DNA from: Mobula hypostoma
Taxonomy: Eukaryota
DNA: 64,000 nt
Reading direction: 5' to 3'
NCBI RefSeq assembly: GCF_963921235.1
Contig: NC_086097.1
Span: 127,784,001 to 127,848,000, forward strand
The translations under genes were made by a program, and so were the position numbers. The notes beneath the pieces were generated by a model. That model made no database searches. It had not been told where the DNA came from and saw nothing but the letters and a program-made list of their open reading frames with translations. Shown here one piece after another: positions 14,311-26,294 of this stretch (position 1 is its first letter; each line of letters begins with the position of its first letter).

Positions 14311-15059
14311 CATGTCATTAACAAACTGTCACTAAACTCTAACCTGACCCCTAACCCCCTCTGTCCCCAAAACCTTCCCTACTTAGAGAACTAACAATAC
14401 CAAGTCATTCTCCGACAGCGCCTTACGAGCATGTATAGGAGCACCCATGAAGAGCTTTTGTCTACCAGAAAACATCAGAGTTGTGTAATGAGAATAACCA
14501 TGAGCTAATAAAACACAAATACATCTTACAATCTATTTCTTGAGATCATGGGATCATTCATCTGCCTGAAGGGAACATGAGGTGTTTTGCAGACCAAGGT
14601 TATACAAAAAAGCTGTGCCCCACAGGCCAGACAGTGGGGACAGGACATGGAAGATCCAGTAACTTATTCATAACTAAGACATGCACATATTCTTCAGCAC
14701 TGTCAAGAACACCTAGAGACCAAACACTGAAGATCCCCTACCTCTTCCCAACTAACAGTCAAGAATTTACTCAAAAACAGACAGGCAACCAGCACTTGCA
14801 GGAAGGAACAGATTAAGGACCTCCTCAGATGTATCTCTGTTGCTGACATGTGCAGCCACAAACTGTCCATTCTCTCCACACTGACCAGTCAAAAGACAAC
14901 ATCCCAACTGAAAACTAACAAGATCATGGGGGTGTATTTTATTTACATTTCTAGTGAAAGTCTGTGTATTCTAAAAATTAGTGTGCAGAGATACATTACC
15001 ATTAGGAAATATACTTTTTCATTATTCTAAATGTAAATATAACCAGAGATCCATGAGCT

Positions 15060-15803
15060 AGTCCTCATTGGAGGATCAGAGGTAGAGAGGATTAGTAACT
15101 TAAATTCCTGGAAGTTATCTTTTCAAAGGACCTGTCCTGGGCCCAGCACATAAATGCAATTGCAAAGGAAGCACGGCAGTGCCTCTACTTCCTTAGGAGC
15201 CTGTGGAGATTTGCCACAATGTCTAAAGCTTTGACAAACTTCTATAGCGGTGTAGTGGAGAGTACATTGACTGTCTGCATCATAGCCTGGTACAGAAACA
15301 CCAATGCCTTTGAATGGAAAATCCTACAAAAGGTGGTGTATGAGGCCCAGTACATCATGGGTAAAGTCCTCCCAACCATTACACATATCTACATGAAACG
15401 CTGCCGGAGGAAAGCAGCATCTATCATCAGAGATTCCCACCACCCATGCCATGCTCTCTTTTTTCTGTTGCCATCAGGTAGAAGGTACAAGAGCCTTAGG
15501 ACTTGCATCACCAGGTTCAATAAGAGTTAATACCCCTCAATCATCAGGCTCTTGAACAAAAGGGGATCACTTGCCTCATCATTGAAATGTTTCCACAACC
15601 AATGATCTCACTTTAAGAACTCTTTATCTCATATTCTTGTTGGTTATTTATTTATATTTGCATTTGCAGTTTGTTGTCTTCTGCACTCTGATTTATCTTT
15701 CATTAAACCTGACATAGCTGCTATTCTATAGATTTGCTTGAGTATACCCTCAAGAAAATGAATCTCAGGGTAGTATAAGGTGATAATAAAGTTTACTTTG
15801 AAC
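15060..15803 (+). mobile_element. Rex-Babar LINE 3' fragment
   Basis: LTNFYSGVVESTLTVCIIAWY...LLPSGRRYKSLRT. Tail AATAAAGTTTACTTTGAAC. Confidence 0.85.
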
Positions 15804-15808
15804 TAGCA

Positions 15809-16449
15809 CAGGTTGAGTACTCCTTATCTGAAATCCAAAAAACCTCAAATCTTTTTTTGAGCGCTGACACGACATTACAAATGGAAAATTCCACAAGATG
15901 CTGGGAAGGCTCTCAGGGATCTGAGAGATGACCCCACATAAGTAAAAAATGAAGATCCCCAATCATGTACTGTCAGTGGTGGGTGAACATATGCCACTTA
16001 AAAGGTATGCTGATCATGAAACAAGCAAAGATCTATCACGATTAACTGAAAATTGAAGGCAATTGTGAATATTCAGCAGGCTGGTTGCAGAAATTTAAGA
16101 AAAGGCACAACATAAAATTCTTAAAGCTTCTGCTGATCTCGAGCACTAGAAAAAATCTACAATGCTGATTTTATATGAGGGATATAAACAAACTAAAATG
16201 CAAATACAATGTACTGAAACCCTTTCTTCAAAACGCAGAACGGTAGATGGAGACTGAAAGCCTGCAGTTGTTTACAGTGTTCAACAGCTGATTCAGATAT
16301 TTTCCTGATGCTGCTGTGTTGCTTTTGTTACTCTGCACATACTAACATTTCATTATTCTAACGGTATGTAATGATTTTTACTGTTTTATTTATATATAAA
16401 TATAGAAACTTCTGACCCCAAGCATTTCAGATAAGGGGTGCTTAATTTA
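15809..16449 (+). mobile_element. Tigger-like (Tigger4/MER46-type ends) deletion derivative
   Basis: Left end CAGGTTGAGTACTCCTTATCTGAAAT and imperfect right end ATTTCAGATAAGGGGTGCTTAA. Internal GWLQKFKKRHNI (CENP-B-type HTH motif) at ~16079-16114. Confidence 0.75.
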
Positions 16450-16730
16450 TTATTCAATGCGTTATATTAGGATACCATCTAACCACTGAACCTGTAACAT
16501 GTCTTGCAGAATGGCAACAGGATGGAAAGACATTATTCGGTCTATCAATACTATGATAGAATTAAAAAATGCTTGACTAAAAATAATTTGAACTGTTACA
16601 TGAATAGTCATACGACACGGTAAACCAAACCAGTTTAAAACCCAACTTCCGGGTTCTAAATGCGCGTTGTTTTACGTCTGCAGACTAAAATTGCAATGAG
16701 GGACTATCATAGTAACAACCGAACAAATAC

Positions 16731-16852
16731 CTCCTCCTCTTGTCCTGCGTGAACTGGAGCTCGACCAGTCCAAACGTGGAATAAAAAGCAAACTGCACCA
16801 GAGTTAGGTACCAGCCGAAGGGTTTGAAGCCTTCCAGTGAGAAAATGAGCTC
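16731..16852 (-). CDS. SLC35B3: SLC35B3 (PAPS transporter 2) coding exon, 122 bp
   Basis: Translates ELIFSLEGFKPFGWYLTLVQFAFYSTFGLVELQFTQDKRR(R), near-identical to vertebrate SLC35B3. Acceptor ttcctAG at 16853 and donor GTATTT at 16730. Confidence 0.96.
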
Positions 16853-17003
16853 CTAGGAATCAAGAGAAGGGACGTTAAATGCGAATGTAATTGTGTGTAG
16901 TGCAGAGCAATGCAATAAGCACAATCCACCCCGGCCTGCAAAAACACGGGGTAGGCTTGTACTGAAGAGCAAGCGGCATTTGTGCATAGAACTTGGCAAT
17001 GAC

Positions 17004-17192
17004 CTGCAGGTATCCATACACGAGATAGAAGACGAAGACTCCGGTCACACAAATGGCGAACTGCATAGACCTGGAACAGTCACCCAGATTGAAGCCGATC
17101 ACTCGCAGCTGTTCCGCCGACTTGATGTGCGGGGACATGGAATCGGGCGCATCGGGGACACTGATGGAGATATATTTCCTGGAGCCGTTCAT
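17004..17192 (-). CDS. SLC35B3: SLC35B3 coding exon (from the first in-frame ATG; true start and upstream boundary uncertain)
   Basis: MNGSRKYISISVPDAPDSMSPHIKS...QFAICVTGVFVFYLVYGYLQ matches the SLC35B3 N-terminal region. Phase-0 donor CAG|GTCATT at 17003 and a 151-bp intron to the next exon. Confidence 0.93.
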
Positions 17193-17194
17193 CT

Positions 17195-17720
17195 CTATCA
17201 ACCGGTCGGTCCCGCCGCCAGTCGCAGGCCTCAGGCTCAGAGCTGCCGCGAACAAACCGCAAGAGAAGTCAAGTCAATGCCGCAGCCTCACCGCCGCATC
17301 ATGAATGAATCCGGCAACCGTCCTTCGCACTGACAACACTAGTATAGTAGTAGTAGTACTAGTTGTTGTTGCCGGTATCTCGCTACCTGCCAGCAGTCAA
17401 TGGGCAGGGTTACGGCATCGGCACACCGCGCATGCGCTGCTGTCTACCTCCCTACCCGGGCAGGGTGAAAAATCCAAGGTGGCCTGCCTTTGCGCCTGCG
17501 CAGCACCCGGCTAGTGACGGCACTTCGAGTGGCTCTTGCTATGATTTCCCTATCCCACCCTCCTGCACGGTCAAAAAGGCACTGGCGCTCATTGCTGCTA
17601 AAGGATTTAGTGACACGTGTCCCTGAGTGCAGACGTATGGCGTGTTGATGTGTAATGCATTTCAGGCTCAGAGACAACTGGGTAGTCTAAACTTCACCGT
17701 TTGCGGCAGGCAAAAGTGTC
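17195..17720 (-). promoter_or_regulatory. CpG-rich promoter/5' leader of SLC35B3 with NRF1 motifs
   Basis: Locally high CpG density in an otherwise CpG-poor window. GCGCATGCGC at 17428-17437 and TGCGCCTGCGCA at 17491-17502. Confidence 0.75.
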
Positions 17721-18089
17721 AACAATTCTGCAGAAGTCGGGAGTGCAAACTTGAACTTAAAACAGGGTGCTAGGCTATGGTTGGTTTGCACGGACACAAT
17801 GAATGATCTACACACCGTGTTCTTTCTGTCTGTAGAGTTAATCAAAATCGCCCCACCAAGTAAAAGGAGCTGGCCCCGCCTTCACTTGGCGATGCTGGAA
17901 ATTAGGACAACCAACCTGATGTAGCCAAAAAAAGAAGACCCACAGTACAAAAGCAATTTTGCAACTAAAAAAATTCCAAGCCTGCTGTTAATCTCAAATC
18001 TTCCCCATACTTTCACTGATTTTCTGTAATCTGACCAGAATTGCGGGTGGTGCTTATACTTTGACATGACAAATATACAATTCTAGTTT

Positions 18090-18505
18090 ATAGAAACATA
18101 GAAAACCTACAACACAATACAGGCCATTCGGCCCACAAAGCTGTGCCAAACATGTCCCTACCTTAGAAATTACTAGGCTTACCCATAGCCCTCTATTTTC
18201 CTAAGCTCCATGTACCTATCCAAAAGTCTCTTAGAAGACCCTATTGCATCCGCCTCCACCACCATTGCCGGCAGCCCATTCCACAACTCACCACTCTCTG
18301 AGTAAAAAACTTACCCCTGACATCTCCTCGTTACCTACTCCCCAGCACCTTAAACATGTGTTCTCTTGTGGCAACCATTTCAACCCTGGGAAAAAGCCTC
18401 TGACTATCCACATGATCAATGCCTCTCATCATTTTACTCCTCTATCAGATCACCTCTCATCCTTTGCCGCTCCAAGGAGAAAAGGCCAAGTTCACTCAAC
18501 TCTCT
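18090..18505 (-). mobile_element. CR1 LINE 3' end
   Basis: Closely similar to 3180-3610 (ATAGAAACATAGAAAACCTAC...). Confidence 0.85.
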
Positions 18506-19679
18506 CTTATATTGTTGTTTTGACCAATAAGAAGAAAGCAGCCACAGAGCCATTTTAACAACCTCATCCAAGTAAGCTGAGAATCCTTCCATCCTTTACA
18601 TTTCTTAACATCTTGCATTTTTTGTATCTTCCCTTGACAAGTTTAATCTCTTAAAATTCATTCCTAATTCTCTTCCAACTGAACAAAGCTATGTCCTGAA
18701 GTCAAAAACTTTTGTCTTCTTGGTTAAGCTCAGCCAAATTTATTGTAAGTAAGCTACTTCTTTGCCCCTACCTTTAGGTTAATTAAGAAAACACAAATGA
18801 GGGACAAAACACTGACCCTTGTAGAACCTCATCAGTAACAGCTTTTCAGTCATTAAAAATCACCAGTTATTTCCATTTGCTTTCTGCCTCTGAACTAATT
18901 TTAGATCCAATTTGCTACACCATTTTGGATTTCTTTTTATCCCCTCACACTGTTTTGTGGGAATTCATTGAAGCTGTTGCTGGCATTCATGTCTGATTGG
19001 TTCTTATTTTGTTTTTTAGTGCATCCCATGGAACCACATTTGATGATCCCTTTAACATACCCTTCCTAATGTCCATTTCAGATTTGCCTGGAAATGACTA
19101 TCTCCAACAGGGGAGAATTTACCATCTCCACTTGATATTTCATGAATCCCATCATTAACATCTTTGTTCATCAAGCAGAATTTTAATTATGCCCACCACA
19201 TTAATAGTTTAAAATTGAGCAGGGAAAAGATTGAGTATTTTTCATGTTCTAATTCCATGAGGGCTTTCCACCAGCAGAAGGCGTATGTCAGGAATGTGAT
19301 GGAATGCTGTGCACATACCTAAATGGGGTGCAGCTGTAACCACACACTATGTTTGATTAACACCCCATAATCACACCAAATAACCAATACAATGTGGCTG
19401 TGGGTTATACAGTTTTAACTTTGGAAGAGCCACAGTTACCAGAGTTGGTGATGTAAAAGATCTTGCTCGAAATAATAAGCAGGAATTTTGAAAGATTCTC
19501 TCTTGGATGAATCCCAAAAGAAGTGCACTGAACACAAATCCACTGAGGTTTCATACCACTGCAGCACAAAAATAACAACAGGTGATTAAATAAGTTTCAA
19601 CAATGTTTTGGGGTGTGGGCAAATGGTGCTACATATTTACAATGGGTGGGCATTTCAACTGACAAAAATAAAAAGATAT

Positions 19680-19967
19680 TGTAGCGGTGTGCTACACACA
19701 GTGCTAGAATAACCACACGGAGCCGGGGAGTTGGAGTTGCGATAAAAGAGATGTATTCAAACTTCGCGGCCTGCTTTAAAGCCTTCCCATTCCCGCCCTC
19801 CCTGGGCAGGTCTGCTCTGGGGAATGCATAATCGCAGACCCTTTCTGCGCGTGGGATTTTCCCCCTACTGGTGAAGATGGCCTGGCGCCCTTTTTGGGGC
19901 CGGCCTCTCTGCCGGCGCGCACTGTTTCGTGAGCCGGTTCGTGTGTGCTAGAAAGTGGGTCGCCACA
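19680..19967 (-). repeat. 3' LTR of the Gypsy element
   Basis: Direct repeat of 23697-23984, with roughly 18 mismatches by eye. Confidence 0.95.
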
Positions 19968-20368
19968 TAAACCGCCCCCCCCCAGAACCGGAGATACATC
20001 CCCCAATGTCCACAGTCTGGATGGGCCTCTGTTTCGGAGGTCTGCCCCTGCGCCGCGGTGCCTGAGCCCGGACCGGCTGCGCAAGGTCCACATGGGCCAG
20101 TTTGAGTCGGTCCACCGTGAAAACCTCCTCTCTCCCCCCAATGCCCAGCATGAATGTGGACCCGTTGTTCCTGATCACCTTAAACGGCTCCTCGTAGGGC
20201 CGCTGTAGCGGTGTCCGGTGTCCGCCCTGTCATACAAAAAGAAACTTACAGTTCTGCAGGTCTTTGGGTACGCAGGTCAGGCTCTGTCCGCGCTGTGAAG
20301 TGGGTATGGGGGCCAGGTTACCGAGCCCTCTCACGTAGTCTGTCCAGGACTGCTGTGGGTTCTTCCTC

Positions 20369-22105
20369 TTACTCCCTTGGGGCTGGTATGAACTCTCCTG
20401 GGACGACCAGGGGCGCGCCGTACACCAACTCGGCCGATAAGGTGTGCAGATCCTCCTTGGGCTCCGTGTGGATTCCGAGCAGGACCCAGGGAAGTTCGTC
20501 CACCCAGTTAGGCCCTTCCAGGCGGGCCATGAGAGCCAACTTCAGGTGACGGTGGAAATGCTCCACTAGTCCGTTCGACTGTGGTTGGTAGGCAGTTGTG
20601 TGGTGTAGCTGTGTTCCTAAAAGGTTGGCCATAGCTGACCACAGGCTGGAGGTGAACTGGATGCCTCTGTTGGAGGTAATGTGGGCTGGTACCCCGAAGC
20701 GGGCTACCCAGGTTGCGATCAGTGCTCGGGCGCAGGATTTAGAGGTGGTGTCGGTGAGCGGGACTGCCTCTGGCCATCTGGTGAACCGGTCTATCATAGT
20801 TAGGACGTACCACGCTCTTCGCGACACTGGCAGGGGCCCCACGATATCCACATGGATGTGGTCGAACCTCCGGCGGGTGGGTTCGAACCGCTGCGGTGGA
20901 ACCTTGGTGTGCCGCTGCACCTTGGCCGTTTGGCACTGCATGCACGTTTTGGCCCATTCACTGACCTGTTTACGAAGTCCATGCCACACGAACCTGTTGC
21001 CGACCAGCCGGACGGTTGTCCTGATGGAGGGGTGCGCTAAGTTGTGAATGGATTCGAAAACCCGCCGGCGCCAGGCTGCTGGGACGACGGGGCGGGGTTG
21101 GCCGGTAGCTACGTCACATAGTAGGGTCCTCTCACCTGGGCCTACGGGGAAGTCTTGGAGCTGCAAACCGGAGACTGCAGTCCTGTAACTGGGGATCTCA
21201 GTGTCTGCCTGCTGTGCCTCTGCCAGCGCTGCATAGTCTACCCCCTGGGACAGGGCCTGTATGGTCGGTCTGGAAAGTGTGTCCGCCACGACGTTGTCCT
21301 TTCCCGAGACATGCCAGATGTCCGTCGTGTACTCGGAGATGTAGGACAGATGTCGCTGCTGGTGGGACGACCAGGGGTCGGACACCTTAGTGAATGCAAA
21401 GGTAAGCGGTTTGTGGTCTGTGAACGCGGTGAAGGGCCTACCTTCTAAGAAGTACCTGAAATGCTGGATTGCCAGGTATAGTGCCAATAGCTCCCGGTCG
21501 AAAGCACTGTATTTGAGTTCGGGTGGTCGTAGGTGTTTGCTGAAGAACGCCAGGGGTTGCCAGCGACCCTCGATGAGTTGTTCCAGCACTCCACCGACCG
21601 CTGTGTTGGATGCGTCCACCTTGAGGGCAGTAGGAACGTCCGTTCTGGGGTGCACTAGCATCGCGGCGTTTGCCAAGGCTTCTTTGGTTTTAACGAAAGT
21701 GGCTGTGGCCTCTTTGTCCCAGGTAATGTCCTTGCCTTTACCCGACATCAGGGTGAACAGGGGGCACATGGTTCGGGCTGCTGAGGGGAGGAAATGGTGG
21801 TAGAAATTCACCATACCCACTAATCCCTGCAGGCCTTTGATTGTGTTGGGTCGGGGGAAGTGGCGGACCGCCTCTACTTTGGCGGGCAGCGGGGTTGCCC
21901 CGTCTTTAGTAATCCTGTGGCCCAGGAAGTCGATGGTGTCGAGTCCAAACTGGCATTTGGCTGGGTTGATTGTAAGGCCGAATTCACTCAGGCGGGAGTA
22001 GAGTTGACGGAGGTGGGACAGATGGTCCTGACGACTACTGCTGGCTATGATGATGTTGTCCAAATAGATGAATGCAAAGTCCAGGTCGCGTCCCACTGCA
22101 TCCAT
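20369..22105 (-). pseudogene. Gypsy pol fragment: RT (YLDN, from YLDD), RNase H, integrase
   Basis: [42 protein letters not shown] zinc finger and IHVDIVGP...QSNGLVE. Confidence 0.93.
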
Positions 22106-22675
22106 TAGCCGCTGGAATGTCTGTGCCGCATTCTTTAGGCCGAATGGGGTGATGAGTGCTGTTTTGGGGATGTCGTCCGGATGTACCGGGATTTGATGGT
22201 ATCCCCGGACGAGGTCTACCTTGGAAAAGATCCTTGCTGCGAAGTAAGTTTGCTGCGAAGTCTTGAATGTGCGGCACAGGGTAGCAGTCTGGCGTTGTAG
22301 CCTCGTTCAGTCTGCGCTAGTCACCGCATGGTCTCCAGCTCCCTGTTGTCTTGGGCACCATGTGCAGGGGGGAGGCCCATGGGCTGTCGGACCGTCGTAT
22401 GATCCCTAATTCCTCCGTCTTCTTGAACTCCTCCTTCGCCAGTCAGAGCTTGTCCGGGGGAAGCCTTCGAGCACGGGCGTGGAGGGGTGGTGTCTGGGTC
22501 GGGATGTGGTGCTGTACTCCGTGTCTGGACATGACTGCCGTGAACTGCGGTGTCAGTACTGATGGGAAATCTGCCAGGACCCTGGTGAATTCGTCATTGG
22601 ACAGCGTGATGTCCAGGTGTGGGGCTGGCAACTTTGCTTCACCCAGGGAGAACATTTGAAAAGTCTTGGCATGGA

Positions 22676-23655
22676 CTAATCGCTCCCCTTACAGGTCGAC
22701 CAGCAGGCTGTGGGCTCATAGAAAATCTGCCCCCAGGAATGGTTGGGCCACGGCGGCCAGTGAGAATCCCACATGAACCGGCTGGAGCTGAACTGTAGCC
22801 GCACCGTGCGGGTGCCGTAGGTCTGTATTGTGCTGCCATTTGTGGCCCTCAGGGTGGGTCCCGGTTCTCTGTTGCGGGTGTCGTAACTCGTTGGAGGTAA
22901 GATGCTGATCTCCGCTCTGGTGTCGACCAAAAAACGGTGTCCCGACTGCTTGTCCCAGACGTACAGGAGGCTGTCCTGATGGCCAGCCGCTGTAGCGATC
23001 GGTGGCGGCTGGGCCTTGGCGTTTCCTGGGAATTTGCAGGGTGGTCTACAGCGGCGCTGGTGGTAGAAGCACCATTGTTTGTTGGGCTCCGCTGCCGGGC
23101 CTGGTCTGGTCTGTTGTTGGGCACGCGACTTGGTGATCTGTGCGACGGATGCCCCTCTCTCTTTCCTGGCATTCCACAGCACATCTGCACGGGCCGCCAC
23201 CTCCCGGAGGTTGCTGAAATCTATGTCAGACAGCAGCAGGCATATGTCCTCGGGCAGTTGCTCTAGGAATGTCTGCTCAAACATGAGGCAGGGTTTGTGT
23301 CTTTCAGCCAGGGCCAGCATCTCGTTCATTAATGCCGACGGTGGCCTGTCTCCCAAACCATCCAGGTGCATTAAGCGGCGTGCTCGTTCGCGCCGTGAGA
23401 GTCCGTAAGTCCTTATGAGCAGGGCTTTGAATGCTGTGTATTTGCCGTCCTCCGGGGGTGACGCTATAAACTCCTCAACTTGTGCAGCAGTCTCCTGGTC
23501 GAGGGAGCTCAGCACGTGGTAGTAGCGAGTGGACTCCGAGGTTATCTGCCAAATGTAGAATTGTGCTTCTGCCTGTTCGAACCACAGATGGGGTCGCAGT
23601 GCCCAGAAGCTTGGCAGTTGTAACGAAACTGCGTGAACAGATGCGGCGTCGGTCA
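22676..23655 (-). pseudogene. Gypsy gag-protease
   Basis: VSLQLPSFW...WFEQAEAQF, CHCC-type motif CFYHQRRCRPPC and protease FLVDTRAEIS (catalytic DTG altered). Confidence 0.88.
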
Positions 23656-23696
23656 TCTCTGGCCCAAAGATCGTTTGGGCCGTCGGGATCACCAAT

Positions 23697-23984
23697 TGTA
23701 GCTGGGTGCTACACACAGCGCTAGAATAACCACACGGAGTCGGGGAGTTGGAGTTGCGATAAAAGAGATTGATTCAAACTTCGCGGCCTGCTTTAAAGCC
23801 TTCCCATTCCCGCCCTCCCTGGGCAGGTCTGCTGTGGGGAATGCATAGTCGCAGGCCCTTTCCGCTCGTGGGATTTTCCCCCTGCTGGTGAAGATGGCCT
23901 GCCACCCTTTTGGGGGCCGGCCTCTCTGCCGGCGCGCACTGTTTCGTGAGCCGGTTCGTGTGCACTGGAAAGTGGGTCGCCACA
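23697..23984 (-). repeat. 5' LTR of the Gypsy element
   Basis: Direct repeat of 19680-19967, adjacent to the PBS at 23681-23694. Confidence 0.95.
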
Positions 23985-24249
23985 ATATTCAAGTATCTTT
24001 GTTGGGAAGATACCCAGAATAACCATTTAGCTTTGCAGAAAATGGCATTTATTCAAGCAGCTAATTTATCCTAGGTTGAAGCCTGACTATCATTTGTATT
24101 TTCTGGCTACTAGCCCATATCTTCAGAAGGATCTACCTACCTAACAACTTCTAACATCAAAAAAAAACACTGCACTGCATACTGAGGCTTAAACAGCATT
24201 CCCCAAATTTTTAGTCTCCATCACTACACAGGCAAGAGCACAAACACTT

Positions 24250-25332
24250 GAATGAATGAATGGACTTTATTTCTTCCATCCTTCACATACATGAGGAGTA
24301 AAAAATCTTTACATCTCCATCTAAATGTGCAATGCGCAATCATTGTAATTTATAATAAATAGAACAGTCAATGTAACATAGAAATCAGTGTGAATTAATC
24401 AGTCTGATGGCCTGGTGGAAGAAGCTGTCCTGGAGCCTGTTGGTCCTAGCTTTTACGCTGTGGTACCATTTCCCAGATGGTAGCAGCTGGAATAGATGGT
24501 GACTCGGGTCTCTAATGATCATTCGGGCCCTTTTTTCACACCTGCCTTTGCAAATGTCCTGAATAATAGGAAGTTCACAACTACAGATGCACTAGGCTGT
24601 TTGCACTACTCTCTGCAGAGTCCTACAATTAAGGGAGGTACAGTTCCCATACCAGGCAGTGATGCAACCAGTCAGGATGCTCTCAGTTGTGCTCCTGTAG
24701 AAAGTTCTTAGGATTTGGGGACCCACACCAAGGTTCCTCAACAGTCTGAGGTGAAAGAGGTGCTGTTGTGCCTTTATCACCACACAGCTGGTGTGTACAG
24801 ACCACGTGAAGTCCTCAGTGATGTGGATGCCGAGGAACTTAAAGCTGTTTATCCTCTCAACCCCAGATCTATTGATGTCAATAGGGGTTAGCTCATCTCC
24901 ATTCCTCCTGTAATCCACAACCAGCTCCTTTGTTTTTGCGACATTGAGGGAGAGGTTGTTTTCTTGACACCACTGTGTCAGAGAGATTACTTCTTCCTTG
25001 TAGGCCACTTCATTATTGTTTGAGATTAGGCCAATCAATGTACTGTCATCGGCAAATTTAATTAGCAGAGTAGAGTTGTGGGTGGCGACACAGTCATGGA
25101 TATACAGGGAGTAAAGGAGGGGACTTAGTACACAGCCCTAAGGGGTTCCTGTATTGAGAGTCAGAAGGATGGAGGTGAGGGAGCCCACTCTTACCACCTG
25201 CTGGCGATCTGACAGGAAGTCCAGGATCCACAAGGCAGGATCAAAGCCAAGGTCTCTGTGCTTCCTGTTGATCATGAATGGAATTATGGTATTGAATGCT
25301 GAACTGTCGTCCAAGAACAGCATTCTCACATA
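24250..25332 (-). mobile_element. Rex-Babar LINE RT/3' fragment
   Basis: MLFLDDSSAFNTI, LNVAKTKELVVDYRR, FKFLGIHI and ESILTGCITAWYG. (TTCA)n tail. Confidence 0.9.
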
Positions 25333-25758
25333 ACTTGATCCAGACTTTGAAATGTAATTTTTTTATCTGTCTTGTTGCATCATAGTTTGCTATCATTATT
25401 TCAATGCACAGGATTGCAAAAAACTAGAAAGAAGTGGACACAGCCTTGCCCATCATGGACACATACTCGCCACCACTGTAAGTATCTACATGAGGCATTT
25501 CATCAAGAAGGTGGCATCTATCATCAAGGATTCCACCATCTGGGCCATGTCCTCTTCTTATTATGACCATCAGCCAGGAGTTGCAGATGCTAGAAGTCTC
25601 ACATCGTCAGGTTGAAAAACAGCTACATCCCTATACCATCAGTTTCTTGATCTGACCTGCACAACTCTAATCCTACCTCAGCAATGGAACAGTATGGCTC
25701 TCAACTTTTCAAAGGACCATAAGATATAGGAGCAGAATTAAGGCATTTGGCTCATTGA

Positions 25759-26107
25759 CGTAAACACGAGGAATTCTGCAGATGCTGGAAATTCAAGCAA
25801 CACACATCAAAGTTGCTGGTGAACGCAGCAGGCCAGGCAGCATCTCTAGGAAGAGGTACAGTCGACATTTCGGGCCGAGACCCTTCGTCAGGACTAACTG
25901 AAAGAAGAGCTAGTAAGAGATTTGAAAGTGGGAGGGGGAGGGGGAGATCCAAAATGATAGGAGAAGACAGGAGGGGGAGGGATGGAGCCAAGAGCTGGAC
26001 AGGTGATTGGCAAAAGGGATACGAGAGGATCATGGGACAGGAGGCCCAGGGAGAAGGAAGGGGGGGGAAACCCAGAGGGTGGTCAAGGGGTATAGTCCGA
26101 GGGAAAG
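25759..26107 (-). mobile_element. Penelope-like pseudo-LTR, inverted, with ~47-nt terminal extension
   Basis: Reverse complement of ~32948-33256 with few mismatches. Contains a hammerhead motif and abuts the TSD at 25745-25758. Confidence 0.9.
25860..25895 (-). ncRNA. Minimal type I hammerhead ribozyme motif (Penelope-associated)
   Basis: Minus strand reads AGTC-CTGACGA-AGGGTCTCGGCCC-GAAA-TGTC-GACT: stem I AGTC/GACT, CUGANGA and GAAA boxes, a stem II hairpin and a very short stem III. Confidence 0.8.
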
Positions 26108-26294
26108 TTCTGCGGATACCACTCGAGAAAGGGGTCTGCACGGGCAGAACAGAATAGAAGATAAGGGTAGCTTAAGTAGAAAATTTAGACGCGGGTGAGA
26201 AGAAACCATAAGGATAGATAGAGAAATAGGTTACAGAAAATAGTATTACCGAGGTGTGAGACGTTAAGAATACCTTAAAAAGGGGAAGAACAAC

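Larger units (their letters stand above)
19680..23984 (-). mobile_element. Gypsy LTR retrotransposon, CsRn1-like clade, full-length but frameshifted
   Basis: Two 288-bp TG..CA LTRs, 4-bp TSD ATAT (19676-19679 and 23985-23988), PBS TGGTGATCCCGAC (tRNA-Trp type) and a G-rich PPT beside the left LTR. Domain order is gag-PR-RT-RH-IN. Confidence 0.96.

Noticed and set aside
16875..17003. C-terminal part of the 126-aa ORF (VIAKFYAQ...)
   Set aside because: Intron read-through. Similarity stops at YGYLQ with a canonical GT donor and resumes after the AG at 16853.
17243..17291. 49-nt GT-AG intron linking ATGATGCGGCG to the SLC35B3 exon
   Set aside because: Shorter than typical vertebrate introns, and the splice would be out of frame.
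16893..17333. 146-aa plus-strand ORF
   Set aside because: Antisense shadow of the GC-rich SLC35B3 exon with no recognisable motif.
25813..26157. 114-aa and 129-aa ORFs repeated at 33013-33268
   Set aside because: Incidental frames in the Penelope pseudo-LTR, truncated differently in the two copies.
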